From Anthoceros angustus (Eukaryota > Plantae > Anthocerotophyta), in assembly GCA_010909165.1 (NCBI GenBank), contig MU008174.1, forward strand, positions 372,001 to 436,000: a stretch of DNA of 64,000 nucleotides, in the 5' to 3' direction. Within the stretch, counting starts at the first letter, position 1; each line of letters begins with the position of its first letter. The translations under genes and the position numbers were made by a program. Positions 11,088 to 23,805 of the stretch are shown piece after piece. Under the pieces are notes generated by a model. The model did not search any database. It worked only from the letters and a program-made list of their open reading frames with translations, and was not told the origin of the DNA.

Positions 11088-14007
11088 ATGACTAAGCCTA
11101 CCACGGCGAAGGGCAAGGACGTGGTTGCCAAGGTTGGGACGCCCACCAAGGGAGGTAGCGAAGGAAAGGACAAAAAGTCTAAGGCAGGAGATGCAGGCTC
11201 CAGGGGATGGAAGTTGGATATGCCGTAATTTACATGCTTTGCAGGACAAGTATCTTCAAGGGGCCTTGCAGATTTCAGGTCGTGGGCGGCCGACGAAAAC
11301 ATCTAGTTGCAATGGGCCTATGGAAGACACTGGTCTTACACCAACTTGGAATTGTTTGAAGAATGTTTTGTTAACTTACACCAAATGGAGGAAGAACTCG
11401 CTGCCTTGGCAGGCAAGAACACAAGGACGGACCCACGGTGTTGGACGATGAGAAGTATAAGGCAAGTATATGGTAGGCCGGATAGTGAAGATAGTGGGAT
11501 CACCCTTATCAAAGGGACGAGTGGAGGAAAGTGTGCAACTACGCAGATCTACCTAAGGGGGCCTTCACACTCATGCAGGGGGGCATAAAAGCCAAGACCA
11601 AGAATGGATGGCGGGCTGACCAGGTACTGGAACCTAAATGGAGGTTGTTCACAAAAATTGTCTTAGGCTTGGTGAGCAACCAACGCGTGTCATATTTTAG
11701 CACTACCTTCCTGCATTTCTTCTGGAAAGTGACTCAAGGAGCAAAACCAGATTGGGGGCTGATCATGTATGAGGCCTACACTTACCACCGGGAGAAATTG
11801 TCGAAGCCTAACGCATTGGATGAAGGAAGTCCGTGGCCATGCTACCTCAGCACGTACTTGGTACATCTATGGGAGGTAGAGGGGTTGCTAATAAGCAAGG
11901 AGTTAAATGATTCTAAGCACCCCTTCAACATTGTGTACTTAAGGCCGGAAGCGGACCATAGTTTGCTTAGTGCCTTACAGGTGAAGGAGGCACGAGCAGC
12001 ACTACCTGGAACGCTACTGCTGGAAGGAATCCCTCCGAAGGATTTGCAAGAGGAGGTTGCAGGAAGACCCGAGATTTGGGTCGTGGAGAGTGAAGATATG
12101 GAAGGAGGGATGGACCCTACCATGGTAGGAGCAACTCCTACCACGCTAGGAAGCACACCTACGCGGGTAGGAGGTGTGCCCACAGTGGTGTGGGATCCAT
12201 AACACTCCCTCATAAGAGAACCTACGGTGGTAGGAGCTAGTCCTACCACGGTAGGAGACAGGCCTACGATGGTAGGAATGACTCTTACCACGGTAGGAGA
12301 AAAGAGAGGTCATGGGTTGAAAGCTCCTAGGCAGGAGGAGGTAAGAAGGTGACCGGCCTCGAGAGGTGGGCGAGCGGATGGAACCATGGTGGGAGAAGTT
12401 GCTCCATCAAGTGATGAGCGGGGAGCTCGTCATAGGGAGGTGAGGGATGTAAGATCCCATGAGAAAGGCAAAGGCCTTGAGTCTCCCTGGAGCAAGGGAG
12501 GAGACTTGGGTGTTTTGGAGCAGATGCTGCGCATAGGGAAAATGTTCAGCAAGATCGATATGGAAGCGGCCAAAAGGAGGGTCGACCTCTTGAAGACGGA
12601 GGCGCAAAAGACAAAGGCATACCAAGCACGGGAAATTGCGGGTAGGTAAGCGGAAACACAGCTGCAGGAGGATACTATGAGGATGGAGGCTCAGGTGGAG
12701 CACTTGGAGAAGAGTCTTGAAGCAAGCAACAAGTTGCTTCACCTTTTCATCGCGTGCTGCCAGCTGCTTGGTAAGAGACTTGTTCTCTCTTACATAATCA
12801 TCTACCTCTTGTCCACATGAGGAACACATGAGAGAAGAGGGTAGGAGACAATCCTGCACTGCTGGTGGAGGAAAGGAAGAAGCAAGACAGGTCCCAGCAG
12901 CAAATGAGGGCAGCACAAGGGTGAGTGGAGAAGGTCATGGCCACTCAAGCTCTAAAAATCCGTGACTTGGAGAAGGAGTTGAGAGAAACCCGCCGGAGTT
13001 TGGAAATAAAGAAGGTAGAGCTGGAAGAACAGACACATTTGATCCGTGGATTGGAGACGGAGCAAGAAGCCCAGCAGCAGGAGAATGAACGACTCCCTAT
13101 GAGGATAGCGGAGTTGGAGAAAGAGAGAGTAGAGGAGGAAAACCGTCATGAGACGGTTGTGCATCGTATGTTGGTGGTGAGGGAACAGAGATTTCGAGCT
13201 GATTATGCCTTACAGGGGAAGTTGATCCACCAACTACAGACCGAGAGAGTGGAGAACACAGCTCTTCATGTGTGGGTTGGAGAGCTAACCTTGGAGGGGG
13301 ATGCTTACAAGAGTAAGTGTGAGCATAGAGTGTGGCTTGAAGATGATGAGGAATTGGAGATGGCACTACAATGATTAGCAGCCCATCTTCACAATAAGGT
13401 ACTCAAGGCAACTAACGAATTGTTGCGACTTGCTGAGAGAAGGATGTTGGGACCCCATGATGATGACAGGGAGGCCCTTATGCAAGTCCAACCAAGACCC
13501 TTAGACTTGGAGAACGCCACAAGCGACATGGATCCTGAAGATGTGAAGGGTGAAGGGGCTCCACGACAAGAAGGAGCGAGTGGAGCTGGAGGGGCATCAC
13601 CGAAGGAAGGAGCCACCTCAAGGAGGGGTGGGGAAGAAGAAATGGCCCCGGTAGGAACTTCTACCGTGGTAGGAGAGACACCTACCAGCGTAGATCATCA
13701 GGAGGAAGGAGCAAGTGAAAGGGCTGCTGGGGGGAGTGCAATGGCAGGGGAGACAAGTACCTTAGCCCCTGCAGGAGGTGACAAGGAGGGGGCTGTCCCG
13801 CTAGAAGGGAGTGGAAAATCGCAAGGGGACACCCAACCTTCTAACATGGGTGTGGGAGCAAGAAGCTCACTTGCTCCACAAGTGAGAGGAAGGGAAGCAG
13901 TAAGCCAATGGCTAAGAGAGCCCGGGCTATTTTATTGGAGGAGGAAGCTCCAAGTAGGTAGCAAGATACGAAGGGGGATTCATGAAGGGTCCCTAGATTT
14001 AGCTTGA
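11088..14007 (+). pseudogene. Disrupted long ORF of element copy 2: DPRCWTMRSIRQVY / KTKNGW / DWGLIM domain, PTxVG repeats, long coiled coil
   Basis: Consecutive plus-strand ORF fragments 11307-11588, 11531-12202, 12386-12649, 12925-13374 and 13420-14007. Motifs are colinear with ORF 7326-8039. Confidence 0.7.
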
Positions 14008-15480
14008 AGACATGGGGCAAGATGCCACTTGGAGGAGACTTCCCTTGGAGGGAAACAAGCATAAATGCTTGTCAATCAAGTAGTGGTGTGTAGACTAGCT
14101 AGATAGGAACTTTGGCAGGAGCCATTAAGGCTGATGTAGGTGAAGACTACTAGAATAGAATTTTACCAGAGATGCTTCAATGTCAGAACTTAAAGTCTGA
14201 TAGTAGGATATATTAAAATAGGGTGTAAAGCGGCGTAAGGAAGGCGCGCCAGGGGGAGGTCATATGTGAGGTCCTCCCTATAAAAGGAGGAAGCTTTGTG
14301 AAGAAAAGTATCGTGTCTTGCGCTCCCATCCTCCTGAGTCCTTCACTTTGTGTGCAGGAATTTCGTGCCGGCTACACAACGCAATGTCTGGTAGAGAGGG
14401 AGTACGCGACGATCGGAGTGTTGGGCAAAGGGCTTGCTCTCTACAAGCGCCCGTACCAGCTGCTCCCCTTGTGAATGATTGCTGTGTGAATTGCTTTGCT
14501 TTGAGTATGTGGCAATGCTCAAGGAACTCTCGGCTTGAGGGTAAACTGCATGGAAAGACTCCCTGGAGGTCCTCGCAGTTTGGTGCAAACCACATAGCAA
14601 CCGGCCCTAGGAAGAACTCATTGATCTCCGGACGGACTCTAGGCAGTTGTGCCGTAAGGGCGAGTTGGAATTAATGAGCCAGCAAGAGGTGTTAGAGTAG
14701 GAGTTTGTGGAAGGAGAAGGATTAGATGAGTGGAAAGCAAGAGAGCGTTGTTGGTTGAGGAGGTTGAGAAGAGGATTAGAGTGTAGGAAAAGTGGAAGGC
14801 CCAAGGCAGAGCCTACGAGACGAATCCCAAATCTGCGGCAAGAGGGCGCTCCCAGTGTCGGGAGAGCTGGTCTTAGGAGTAGGGATAAAATCACGGTGTG
14901 GGTCAGGGTTCCTGGGCGCTCGTGGCGGTCTCCTTGCTGCTAAGACATGACCTGCAATTGTGTTGTTTTGTTGTAGGTCGAGGATTGATGAATTTTCGGA
15001 GCAGTGCAGGTGGTGCAGCTGCTATAAGGGGGGAAATTAGTAGGCGCCTTGCTTGTTGAGGTTAAGGGAGTGAGTAGATGATTGATCTCCTAAGATTCGA
15101 CCGTTCACACAAGTCTCATGGGACGAAACCCAACGTACTGAGCGACAGTGGGATAAGTGTGGCCACTAGAGGGTGAATCTCGGAAGCCCCAGGGTTTTCC
15201 TCCCATAGTGCTCCACAAGCTACCTTCCTGTCAAGTAAGCCTATGGATGCTCGGTGGGCATAGGGTCGTCTTCAAGAGGAAGGTGTTCTCTCCAACGCAT
15301 TTAGTTGAGGGAATCCCTCTAATGTCCTGCAAAGGACTGGAACGCCTTTTCAATCAGGGTGTGGTTGATCCAGTCTGCTGTGGAGGACCATTGAGAGTCC
15401 GGTAGCAAATGTGTGAGCTGTACAAGAAGCATATATCCGCCTTCTCCATGCACCATCACCATCAGTTTAAATTTAAGCAA

Positions 15481-15813
15481 CGATGTAGGCTACACCTCTA
15501 TGTCGAGCACACTACAATTGAGGATAGTGTACAAAGTCTGAAGGTCCTCGAAAGAAAAGGGCCAAAGCATATTCAAAAAAGTGTGTAAATGAGCAACACA
15601 CGATAAGAAAACCCAACAAACCTCAGAACAGAGTGGTAGCCCATGTACGATGTAGGCTACACCTCTATGTCGAGCACACTACAACTGAGGATAGTGTACA
15701 AAGTCTGAAGGTCCTCGAAAGAAAAGGGCCAAAGCATATTCAAAAAAGTGTGTAAATGAGCAACACACGATAAGAAAACCCAACAAACCTCAGAACAGAG
15801 TGGTAGCCCATGT
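15481..15813. repeat. 167-bp tandem duplication
   Basis: cgatgtaggctacacctc... starts at both 15481 and 15648 and the two copies are nearly identical. Confidence 0.9.
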
Positions 15814-17989
15814 CAAAAGCTCGAAGAGGTATAGTCGCCTCTTCCTCCACCAAGTTGCGAAGTTGTTTGTGAAGGCCCCTCTCAAGTTAAAGACGACTAA
15901 GCAGGATAGGTCGACTGACGCATGCGAAACAACTGCTTGGTGGTGAAGAGTCTTATAAAAGTTCCTGCAATCCTTATGAAGGAAGTGGTCCCTATAGAAA
16001 AATTTGAGGAGCACTTCTTGCTTGCAAATGACATATAAATAGAACTCCTCCCCAAGCAACTAGAACTAAGAAAGCACGCCATGCACTCCGACGACCAGGT
16101 TTGGGGCTCACATCCTCCATATCATCTTTTTTCTCAAACCGAGGCCGTACGTCTCTTTCGGATGGTGGGCAGAGATTTTCCACACGCTGTAGTCATAGTC
16201 TTTGCTAAAGTTGTTTTTCCAACGCTTCCAGAACCAAGCAGATATCACGAAACAAAGACCAGGTCCCTCACAACGACACTTGTATTGTGTCCATATTTCC
16301 AACTTTGTGCACATATCTGGGAGATTGAACTCATTTGGATTCACATTCTGCAACCCTTGTGCAGTAAACAAGAATGAGCTATCTCTTGAAGCAAGGGATC
16401 CATGAAGCATCAAGCAGACATCTCACGAGGAAAGTAGTTTAATTTAAATGGGTTGAAGCACATGTCTACTATGGCTTTACAGTGCAGAAAATGCAAGTAC
16501 TTGCCACAAATACTAGAGGAATGCATAGTATGTCCTTCATATTCTTTGCATGATTTACACCCTAACTATACCATATGTAGCCCGGTTTTTTGGCAAACGT
16601 GGGCTTGTGGGACATACGCATCATCTTCCTCACCATGGCATATTAGATATGTCATCTTGGATATATTTCTAATTAGCAAAAATTTCCCCAGGTACATGAG
16701 GAATGTAGAAGTGGCCTTAAATTTAGCACCCTCGGGCTAAAGGCCTGGATGAGTCACAGATAAGTCCTCATGAGGGACCCTTTTAGGTGTACCCATTTGC
16801 ATGTTTCCGTTGTGCGATTCAAGATTTCCTTCCTTCTATAAGGACGCCGACATGCCGGCATCTACATATAGTTCGATTTTGTGACTTTGGATTATGGACC
16901 TTGTTTTGATTTACGTAGAGGCTTAAATTATTGTCTTCTTATTGGATCCTATATTGGGCGTCAGCCAAGCCATTTATTTCTTGAAAACACAATCATTTGT
17001 GATATGTGGACTTGATAACAACGGTGATGTCAATTTGAAAACATGGCTACATAGTTGTTTCGATTACTATGTCAATTTCGGGAAGGGGGTCCAAAAGTTT
17101 TGGAATAAGGTTTGTATGTACACCCCTTCAAAATTTATTGTGCCTAGCCATTAGGGCACTAGTCTCTTGGTGTTAACCAAGATTGTAATAGGTACTTAGA
17201 AGACGGTTACACACATATATCGTTTCATATGATGCTTCACTCACACATAATGTCTAGCCTACGAGAGTCAGGAGGTGGTAAGAGTTCTCGACTACATCCA
17301 ACCACTTGCTCGCAAACGACTACTTGTTTTCCTACAAGGTGAAAACTCCTCTTACTTTGCAGGGATCCCTTATTATTTCATGCCATTCATCACCATCACA
17401 TTCATGATAAGCTATGCAACAATTCCTTGGAGGTGGTTGTTGCATAGCATATCACAACCACCTCCAAGGAGTTTCTCCTTGAAAATAAGAGCACCTCCAA
17501 CAGGTTCCGTGCACCGAGAAAATGATACTCCATTCTATCAACTCATTGAAGGAGTCATCTACGCAACACCAATAACTTTCGAAGAGACTAAGACATCAAC
17601 GTGATATCGAAGCACAATGAAAGATGTCTACAATTGGAGCAATTATTGCAGAACGAACATATTATTGCACATTGAACATATTAGCAGAATCGGAGCAAAG
17701 TATTATTGGAGAACGAAAATATCAGTAAAAGGGCCATAAGTATACATAAAGAAAGCTACTGCAGGTGCCTAGGCAGGCCACGCCCAGTCCCGAGCGGCTA
17801 CCGCCTGCCTCCCTCCGACGGTACCCTCGAAATTATTCTGAAACCATCCGTCATCCGTCATAGATGCTAACAGGTTGAGATCGGACAGTATTTTCAAGGA
17901 GTTGTTGAATCTCAAATGATTCAAGCCGGCAGAGTTTCCTTCTCCAAGCTCTTGTTTGGTCCAAAATTACGAAATGCGTAACGAGGCGT

Positions 17990-18081
17990 GCCACGTGGGC
18001 TCAACATGACAGGCTTATCCGAGTTGGTGAGCAACCGAATTAGCGCTCCCCAGCGTACCCGGTATATCGAGTGTAGGGTTT
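17990..18081 (+). promoter_or_regulatory. Proximal promoter of PSRP4: G-box, site II-like TGGGCT and telo-box
   Basis: CCACGTGG at 17991-17998 overlapping TGGGCT, and TAGGGTTT at 18074-18081, 85-175 bp upstream of the ATG. This combination is typical of plant ribosomal-protein promoters. Confidence 0.5.
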
Positions 18082-18164
18082 GAGCGTTCTAGACCGGGCG
18101 CCTTGGCAATCCAAAGTAAAGGGCTGGGACACCGGAGGAGTTTTTCCACACTGAAATTTTGGCG

Positions 18165-18699
18165 ATGGCGGCGCTGCAGATGGCATCCTGCTGCTCCTCC
18201 TTCGTGGCGGGTTCGTTGTCGCCGCTGGCTCTGGATGCTGCGGGAGCTGGAGCTCCGAGGGCAGCTTCCTTGGGAGTGTCGCAGCCCGGGAGCTACCCGT
18301 CAGGTGAGGATTGAGATGGAGGTCTGGGAAGCGCGGGATGCTGAATGCTGCCACCTCGGGTTTGACGTTGTGTTTTGTGCCATGCAGTTTTTTGTGGACG
18401 GGGGGATAAGCGGACAGCCAAGGGCAAGCGATTCAGGGGCTCGTTCGGAAATGTAAGCTTGTGTTTGTGTGGTGCGGCTGGCTGGGAAGTGTGAAGGGGA
18501 TTGATTGAATGGCATTTTGCGGGTTGTGATGCGTGTGCAGTCCAGACCCAAGGATAAGAGTAAAGGTAGAGGCCTGCCTCCTACTCCGTTGCCGGCCAGG
18601 AGGACGCCCAGGAAGGAGGATTTTCCTGAGGGAGAGTACATCCATGTAGACATTGATGAAAGCCTGTACTCAGCGCCACCCTTCACTGTTAAGGAGTAG
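18165..18699 (+). CDS. PSRP4: Plastid 30S ribosomal protein S31 / PSRP4 (bTHXc); exons 18165-18303, 18388-18452, 18541-18699
   Basis: The spliced product is a transit peptide followed by [33 protein letters not shown]...IHVDIDESLYS, which carries the Thx/PSRP4 signature. GT-AG introns are in phase. Confidence 0.92.
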
Positions 18700-19040
18700 C
18701 CAGGAGGATTTGTACCTGGGTTGTGATGTTTCTTTTCATCCAAATGTGATAGGGAAGCTCAATTCATTCATTTGTTTTATGGGCCGAAGGATGTTCCCAT
18801 ACAGGATGTTTGGGTCAGAAGAAACGAGGAGAGACCGGCTTGCTCATTTCTTCGGTGAGAGACTTGCTTTTAACAAAATTAGCAGAGACGGTGCGGGCAG
18901 GGCCGCTTAGATGTCACTGCTTTGCCTCGGTGTTAGCTACCAAAACTGGATCGAGGTGCTGGAACTGTTCGACTCTCTATCTGCCTTGAGGCCTACAGTA
19001 GGGAGTGGACAGCCTCGACTTCGGGGTTCTCGGATGCAAT

Positions 19041-21177
19041 TCATACACCTAGCTTGTCCCGCCAGAACTTCAGCTGCTCTGCCACCGCGTCCCGTCCAGT
19101 TGAGCCGTAAGATCGGAAGTTGCCAATGGCGTTCTCGACTCCCAGAAAGTTGTACACATCACCATCGATGCTTGGGTTGATGGCCTTGAACTCATCCAGG
19201 GACAGCTCAGAGAGCGTGACTTGCTTGGCCACGGCCTTCGCCACTGCTTTCCCGACGATGTCATGGGAGGTGCGGAAGGGGATGCCCTGCAGATGGAGAG
19301 GGTTAAGGGTTTAGGTCTGAGGTTCAGAACAAACCAGAAGCAAAGACAGTTTGGAAAAGGGGCGGATGCCTTGTCTGACCTTGAAGACGAGATAATCAGC
19401 CATGGTTGTTGCATCAAGGTGGCCAGCAGGCAAGGATTTCAAAATCCGGCTCTTGTTGAAGGAGATGTTCTGTGCAAACTCAGTTGTCACCTCCAGAACG
19501 CCTGTGATGGTCTCAACGCTGTCGAACAAAGGCTCCTTGTCCTCCTGCAAGCTTCAAGGGTTAGCTTCATTTTTCATTGCTCGCTTTGGAGGTTGTGTGG
19601 GAGTGCAAACAGGTACCTGAAGATCACGGTTGTAAGCCTGAGGCAGGCCCTTGCACAGGACCATCAACGTTGTCAAGTCCCCGATCACACGGGCAGATTT
19701 TCCTCGAACCAGCTCCATGGGGTCCGGGTTCTTCTTCTGCGGCATGATGCTACTTCCTGTGGACACAGCATCGCTGGGTGTGATGAAGCCGAACTCCTCA
19801 GTTGCCCACAGCACCCACTCTTCTGCTAGCCGGGACAGGTGAATGCCGATGATGGCGTTTGAAGCGAGCAGCTCTATGAGGAAATCCCGGTCTGAAACTG
19901 CGTCAACACTGCAGCCCGGGGTCAGGATGATATCATACATGCAGACTCTATGATAGATAGCGAAGGGGAAGGCAAAGGGGAGGGCTTTCCTGACGCACCT
20001 GTTTCGAAGAGGAGCAGTGAAGCCCAGATTGGTTGCAGTGTGATATCGGTCAATGGGAAGCCCAGTTCCAGCAAGCGCGCATGCCCCAAGAGGTGAGAAG
20101 TTCAGACGAGCTCTGCAGTCGGTCAGCCGTCCTGCATCACGCTCCAGCTGGGGAAGGACGACGAATCAGGCAGGAACTCATGGACCCACTTCCCAGAACC
20201 ATCAGACCAGACACAAAGACATCCGCTTCCAAAAAGGAGAAGTGCAGCCACCAACCTGCTCCACATATGCAAGCAAGTGATGCTGGAGAAGAATTGGCTG
20301 TGCCCTCTGCAAATGTGTGTAGCCAGGGACCACCAGGTCCTGGTTTGCAACAGCCAGCGACACCAACGATTTCTGCAACAAAGAGAAGAGAATCATTGGT
20401 GAGCAACGAGAACATCATCAACCAGCAGCCCGTCATCAAAGCATTGAGAAAGAAGAATTCAAACCTGAAGCTTGAGCACCCGCTCCACAATCTCATCAAT
20501 GGCATCCCGACACCACAGCCTCACATCAGTCACCACCTGGTCATTCCGGCTCCTGGCAGTGTGCAGCTTCTTCGCAGGCTCCCCAACCAAGTCGATAAGA
20601 GCAGCCTCCACATTCATGTGAACATCCTCCCTGTCCGCCCTCCACACAAATTCCCCCGCCTCTATCCTCCTCTCGATCTCCTCCAGCCCCCGGTATATGG
20701 AGTCACAATCCTCCTTCGTCATGAGCCCCTGCACAAACCCACCTCCCACATTGCAGCCACAGTCCCCAATTCCACCACCCACCAACAAAAACCTCCAATT
20801 CCCGTCTTCCAGAAATTCTATCTCCACAAGCCCTTCAATTCCTTCACCTGCTTGGTGAGCATGGCGGCGTGTGCCCGGCTCCCTGCGAGGTCATGCTTGT
20901 AGAGCTTCCGGTCATAAGATACGGACTGGCTGAACTTCTCCACGGCCGGGGTGACGCTGTCCTCGAACCGCCCGCCCCAGAGCTTCACCTCCTTCTCCTC
21001 CCGCGACTCGGCGGCCATTGCGGCGGAAACGCGAAGCCCAGGCCTCCTCCTCCTGGCAGCGAGCAGCCCAAAATCCCACCCAGTCCCGCAACTTCGGAGG
21101 GCTTCGGGCATGCCCGTCGCATGTCGCAGCATTCCATTCCCGCCAGCGACCGGAACCAGGCCATACAGCCCGCCCAT
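19041..21177 (-). CDS. argH: Argininosuccinate lyase, plastid-targeted; exons 21177-20848, 20728-20465, 20372-20256, 20147-19999, 19908-19617, 19544-19380, 19286-19041
   Basis: Motifs [40 protein letters not shown] (fumarase/ASL signature) and YNRDLQEDKE. All introns are GT-AG and in phase. The start could alternatively be ATG 21132. Confidence 0.96.
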
Positions 21178-21378
21178 CACTCCCAGTCCAGGCCGTGACG
21201 TCCGATTCGCACTCGCCTGGAGCTCGCCACCGGAGCGCGAAATCTGGCGCTCTCTTAGAGTAGGCCGACACTTGGAGGCTTTATAGCCGGTGGGACGGGG
21301 AGCTTGAGACGCGAGGCTTGGCCCCCGCATCTCGCAGATTCGGGAGAGCAGCACCCTTGACAGGGCAAGGCGGGATTC

Positions 21379-22914
21379 ATGGCCGCCTCGCTTGCGTCCT
21401 GTTCCGCCCGGCTGTCGGCAGGGGCCTTCACCTGGTCCCCTTGCCGGGCTGACGCCGCGCCTGCCGGGGAGCGCTTCTCCGAGGTCGTGCGGTGGGGATA
21501 TGGTGGCCGCCGCCGCCAGGGTGAGCGAGGGAGCTTGCAAGTGGCCGGCATTGGATGGGTCGGTTTCTCTGTCGGGTCATGCAGGATTTTTGTGGGTTCT
21601 GGATTTTGATTTGTGGGTCCTGGGACTTGGATGGTGGGTGGCTCAGAATGTGGGTTTTGGGTGGTGCAGGATCCGGAAGGGATACTGGGTGCCCCTCAGC
21701 CCGGGCACATTGCGAGGCGGAAGTTTCAGAAGAGCCTGGAGCAGGACCAGGCTGCCAAGGAGGAGTTTGAGAGGGAAAAGCAGAAGGAGCGGGAGAGGAT
21801 AAGAGCTGCTCGAGAGGTGACCCCATCTTGTGTGGAACTCTAACTGGTGATTCCAGCTTCTTTTTTCCCTTTCTGCGTGCTGTTGTTTATCCGTATGAAG
21901 GAGAAGGATTCTGTTCTGCAGCACTTGCAGTACGGGGAAGGGGTTTTGGGTCTGGATGGTGATGGGGGTTGTCGGATTGGCAGGCCAGAGTGGTTCCTGC
22001 AACGACAGCGGAGTTGGTGGATTATCTTCTGGACACTGAGGCTCGGGAGCTGGAGTTCGAGATTGCCCGGTGCAGGCCAAGGTGGGAGCAAGGGATTGTT
22101 CCCTGTTATGTGATGGAGCTGCTTTTATTGATGAAGTGGTAGATGGGGAAGGCCATTTGCTGAATGCAGTTGGTTGCAGGCTGGATGGTGAGTTCTTCAA
22201 GTACCTGAAGAATGAGATTGGCAGCTTGCGATTTGCAGTGAACCCCTCTCAAGTAAGCTGGCAGCATCCGATCCTCTCAGCGTGAGATTTGCTTGCATTT
22301 GCCGTGTTGTGTCGGTTCCTTCATACAGCATTATGGTATGCAGCAAACAGATGATAGGCTAGTGGAGCTGGAAGCATTGGAGAAGGTTCTTCAGGAAGGC
22401 ATTGGTGCGTGTGCAGACACAGCTATTTGCACGCTGTAGAAGTGAAAGTCATGGGAATGAAACTCATCTGTTTGTATTCATGTTCTGCAGAGGCGTATGA
22501 CAAGCTGTCCTCCAACCTTTTGAATGCCAAAGACCGCCTTGCTAAGATACTCGTTTCCCAAGACAAGCGGGCCACTGTGAGCACAACGCTTCCCTTGCCA
22601 GCCAACCTCATGCGTGCCTGTCGCAGACTGTGGCTAACATATGCATTCCTGCATCCATCTTCTGCAGTTGCTGGAGATGGCTGGTGAGAATCAGCTGGAC
22701 AGGCCGCTGTTAGCACTGTTGGATCAAAACATTGCTGCTGCCAGATCTGCTGGCCAGGTACGGAGCAGGCCATGGGCACCATCACTCTTGTATTGTGCCG
22801 AACTCAGTAAGAAAACCTGCTTACTGGATGCACTCTTGTGGCATGAGACAGGAACAAGCGGTCGGCTTCATGGAAAAAATCCGTGGTGCTGTCCTCAAGT
22901 ACATGACTGTGTGA
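21379..22914 (+). CDS. Conserved plant plastid-targeted protein of unknown function; exons 21379-21558, 21670-21816, 21984-22081, 22180-22252, 22344-22404, 22491-22576, 22668-22757, 22852-22914
   Basis: Eight exons with canonical splice sites splice in frame to a transit peptide followed by GWDPEGILGAPQPGHIARRKF...LVDYLLDTEARELEFEIARCRPRL...LLDQNIAAA...FMEKIRGAVLKYMTV, a family I recognise from land plants. Confidence 0.88.
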
Positions 22915-23805
22915 GCTACTGTTGCAAGAATGGTCACCAGAGCTGCCAACCATGTCATGGAAGCAGACACAAAGTAGGGCATCAGTGTCAACAATTCATT
23001 CCTTATGAACCATCCTTCGGTCTCGAGCAGGAATCTGCAGCCGCCCCTCCCATCATGCAATTGTTTTTCCTATTCAACGCAAGAGACCGATGGATTTTGG
23101 CAGGACGCCCGTGCCTGGTAGCTGAGCTCAGCTGAAAGCCGCTCTCGAACCTCTTCTCCTCCTACTACCGACAGTGATTTGTGAGCATGATCTACATGAT
23201 CGAAAGGAGCTCTGGAGGTCCCCAAAGCTGCTTCTGCCAAACTTCACACAACAGACACAAACACCAGCCCACAAACCAAGGCTTGTGTCAGGAATGATCC
23301 ACGGAGAAAGAAAATCTTCTCCTAAATCGTCACGCCTGCCGCCCACTAACTCATGACTCTCGCACCTGCTGGGAGGCGATGAGGTGAGTTATAGCCCGGT
23401 GACCGAGCTGCTGCACACATACAGGCAACATGTTGGTCCACGTTGTCGAAGCTGCCGCAACTTTCCAACTTCCTTCCCTCTGTCCTGGTATGGCCATGGC
23501 CTAAAGAGCGGGCGTGGACAGGGAACGAGCAACTGATTGAAGCAAAAATCCGTAAAGAAATGGACGCCATGTACATCAACAGCCAACCATCCCCGCGTAC
23601 AGAATCTGGGCCTGGCCGAGCCCTCTGGGTCAAGCCCAGTACATCGTGTGAGTGAGGCGGTGCATCCATCCCACACACTCAATGCTCCCGTAGCTTTTGC
23701 ATTTATTCCATGCCACGCCCAGATCCTGTTGAATGCATCCCTCCCAGGTCGTTCAAACGTCGTGAACAGCAACAGTTATTACCTCTCAACCTCCTCACCA
23801 CAGTC

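Larger units (their letters stand above)
9733..15217 (+). mobile_element. Giant solo-LTR-like element (copy 2, divergent subfamily) with internal ORF; TGTGGA...TCCACA termini
   Basis: Perfect 6-bp inverted termini. The 5' subterminal GTTTGTTTT...AGGTCC resembles copies 1 and 3. AATAGGGTGTAA (14217-14228) precedes TATAAAA (14279-14285), as in copy 1. GAGGGTGAAT about 40 bp from the 3' end is shared with 37008-38777. No clean TSD (GTGCT versus AGCTA). Confidence 0.7.

Noticed and set aside
9728-15222. TSD for element copy 2
   Set aside because: The flanks GTGCT and AGCTA do not match as 5-mers. The boundaries rest on termini and shared motifs only.
21178-21540. Extended N-terminus of argH as given by the ORF track
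   Set aside because: It uses a non-ATG start and overlaps exon 1 of the opposite-strand gene. ATG 21177 or 21132 gives a normal transit peptide.
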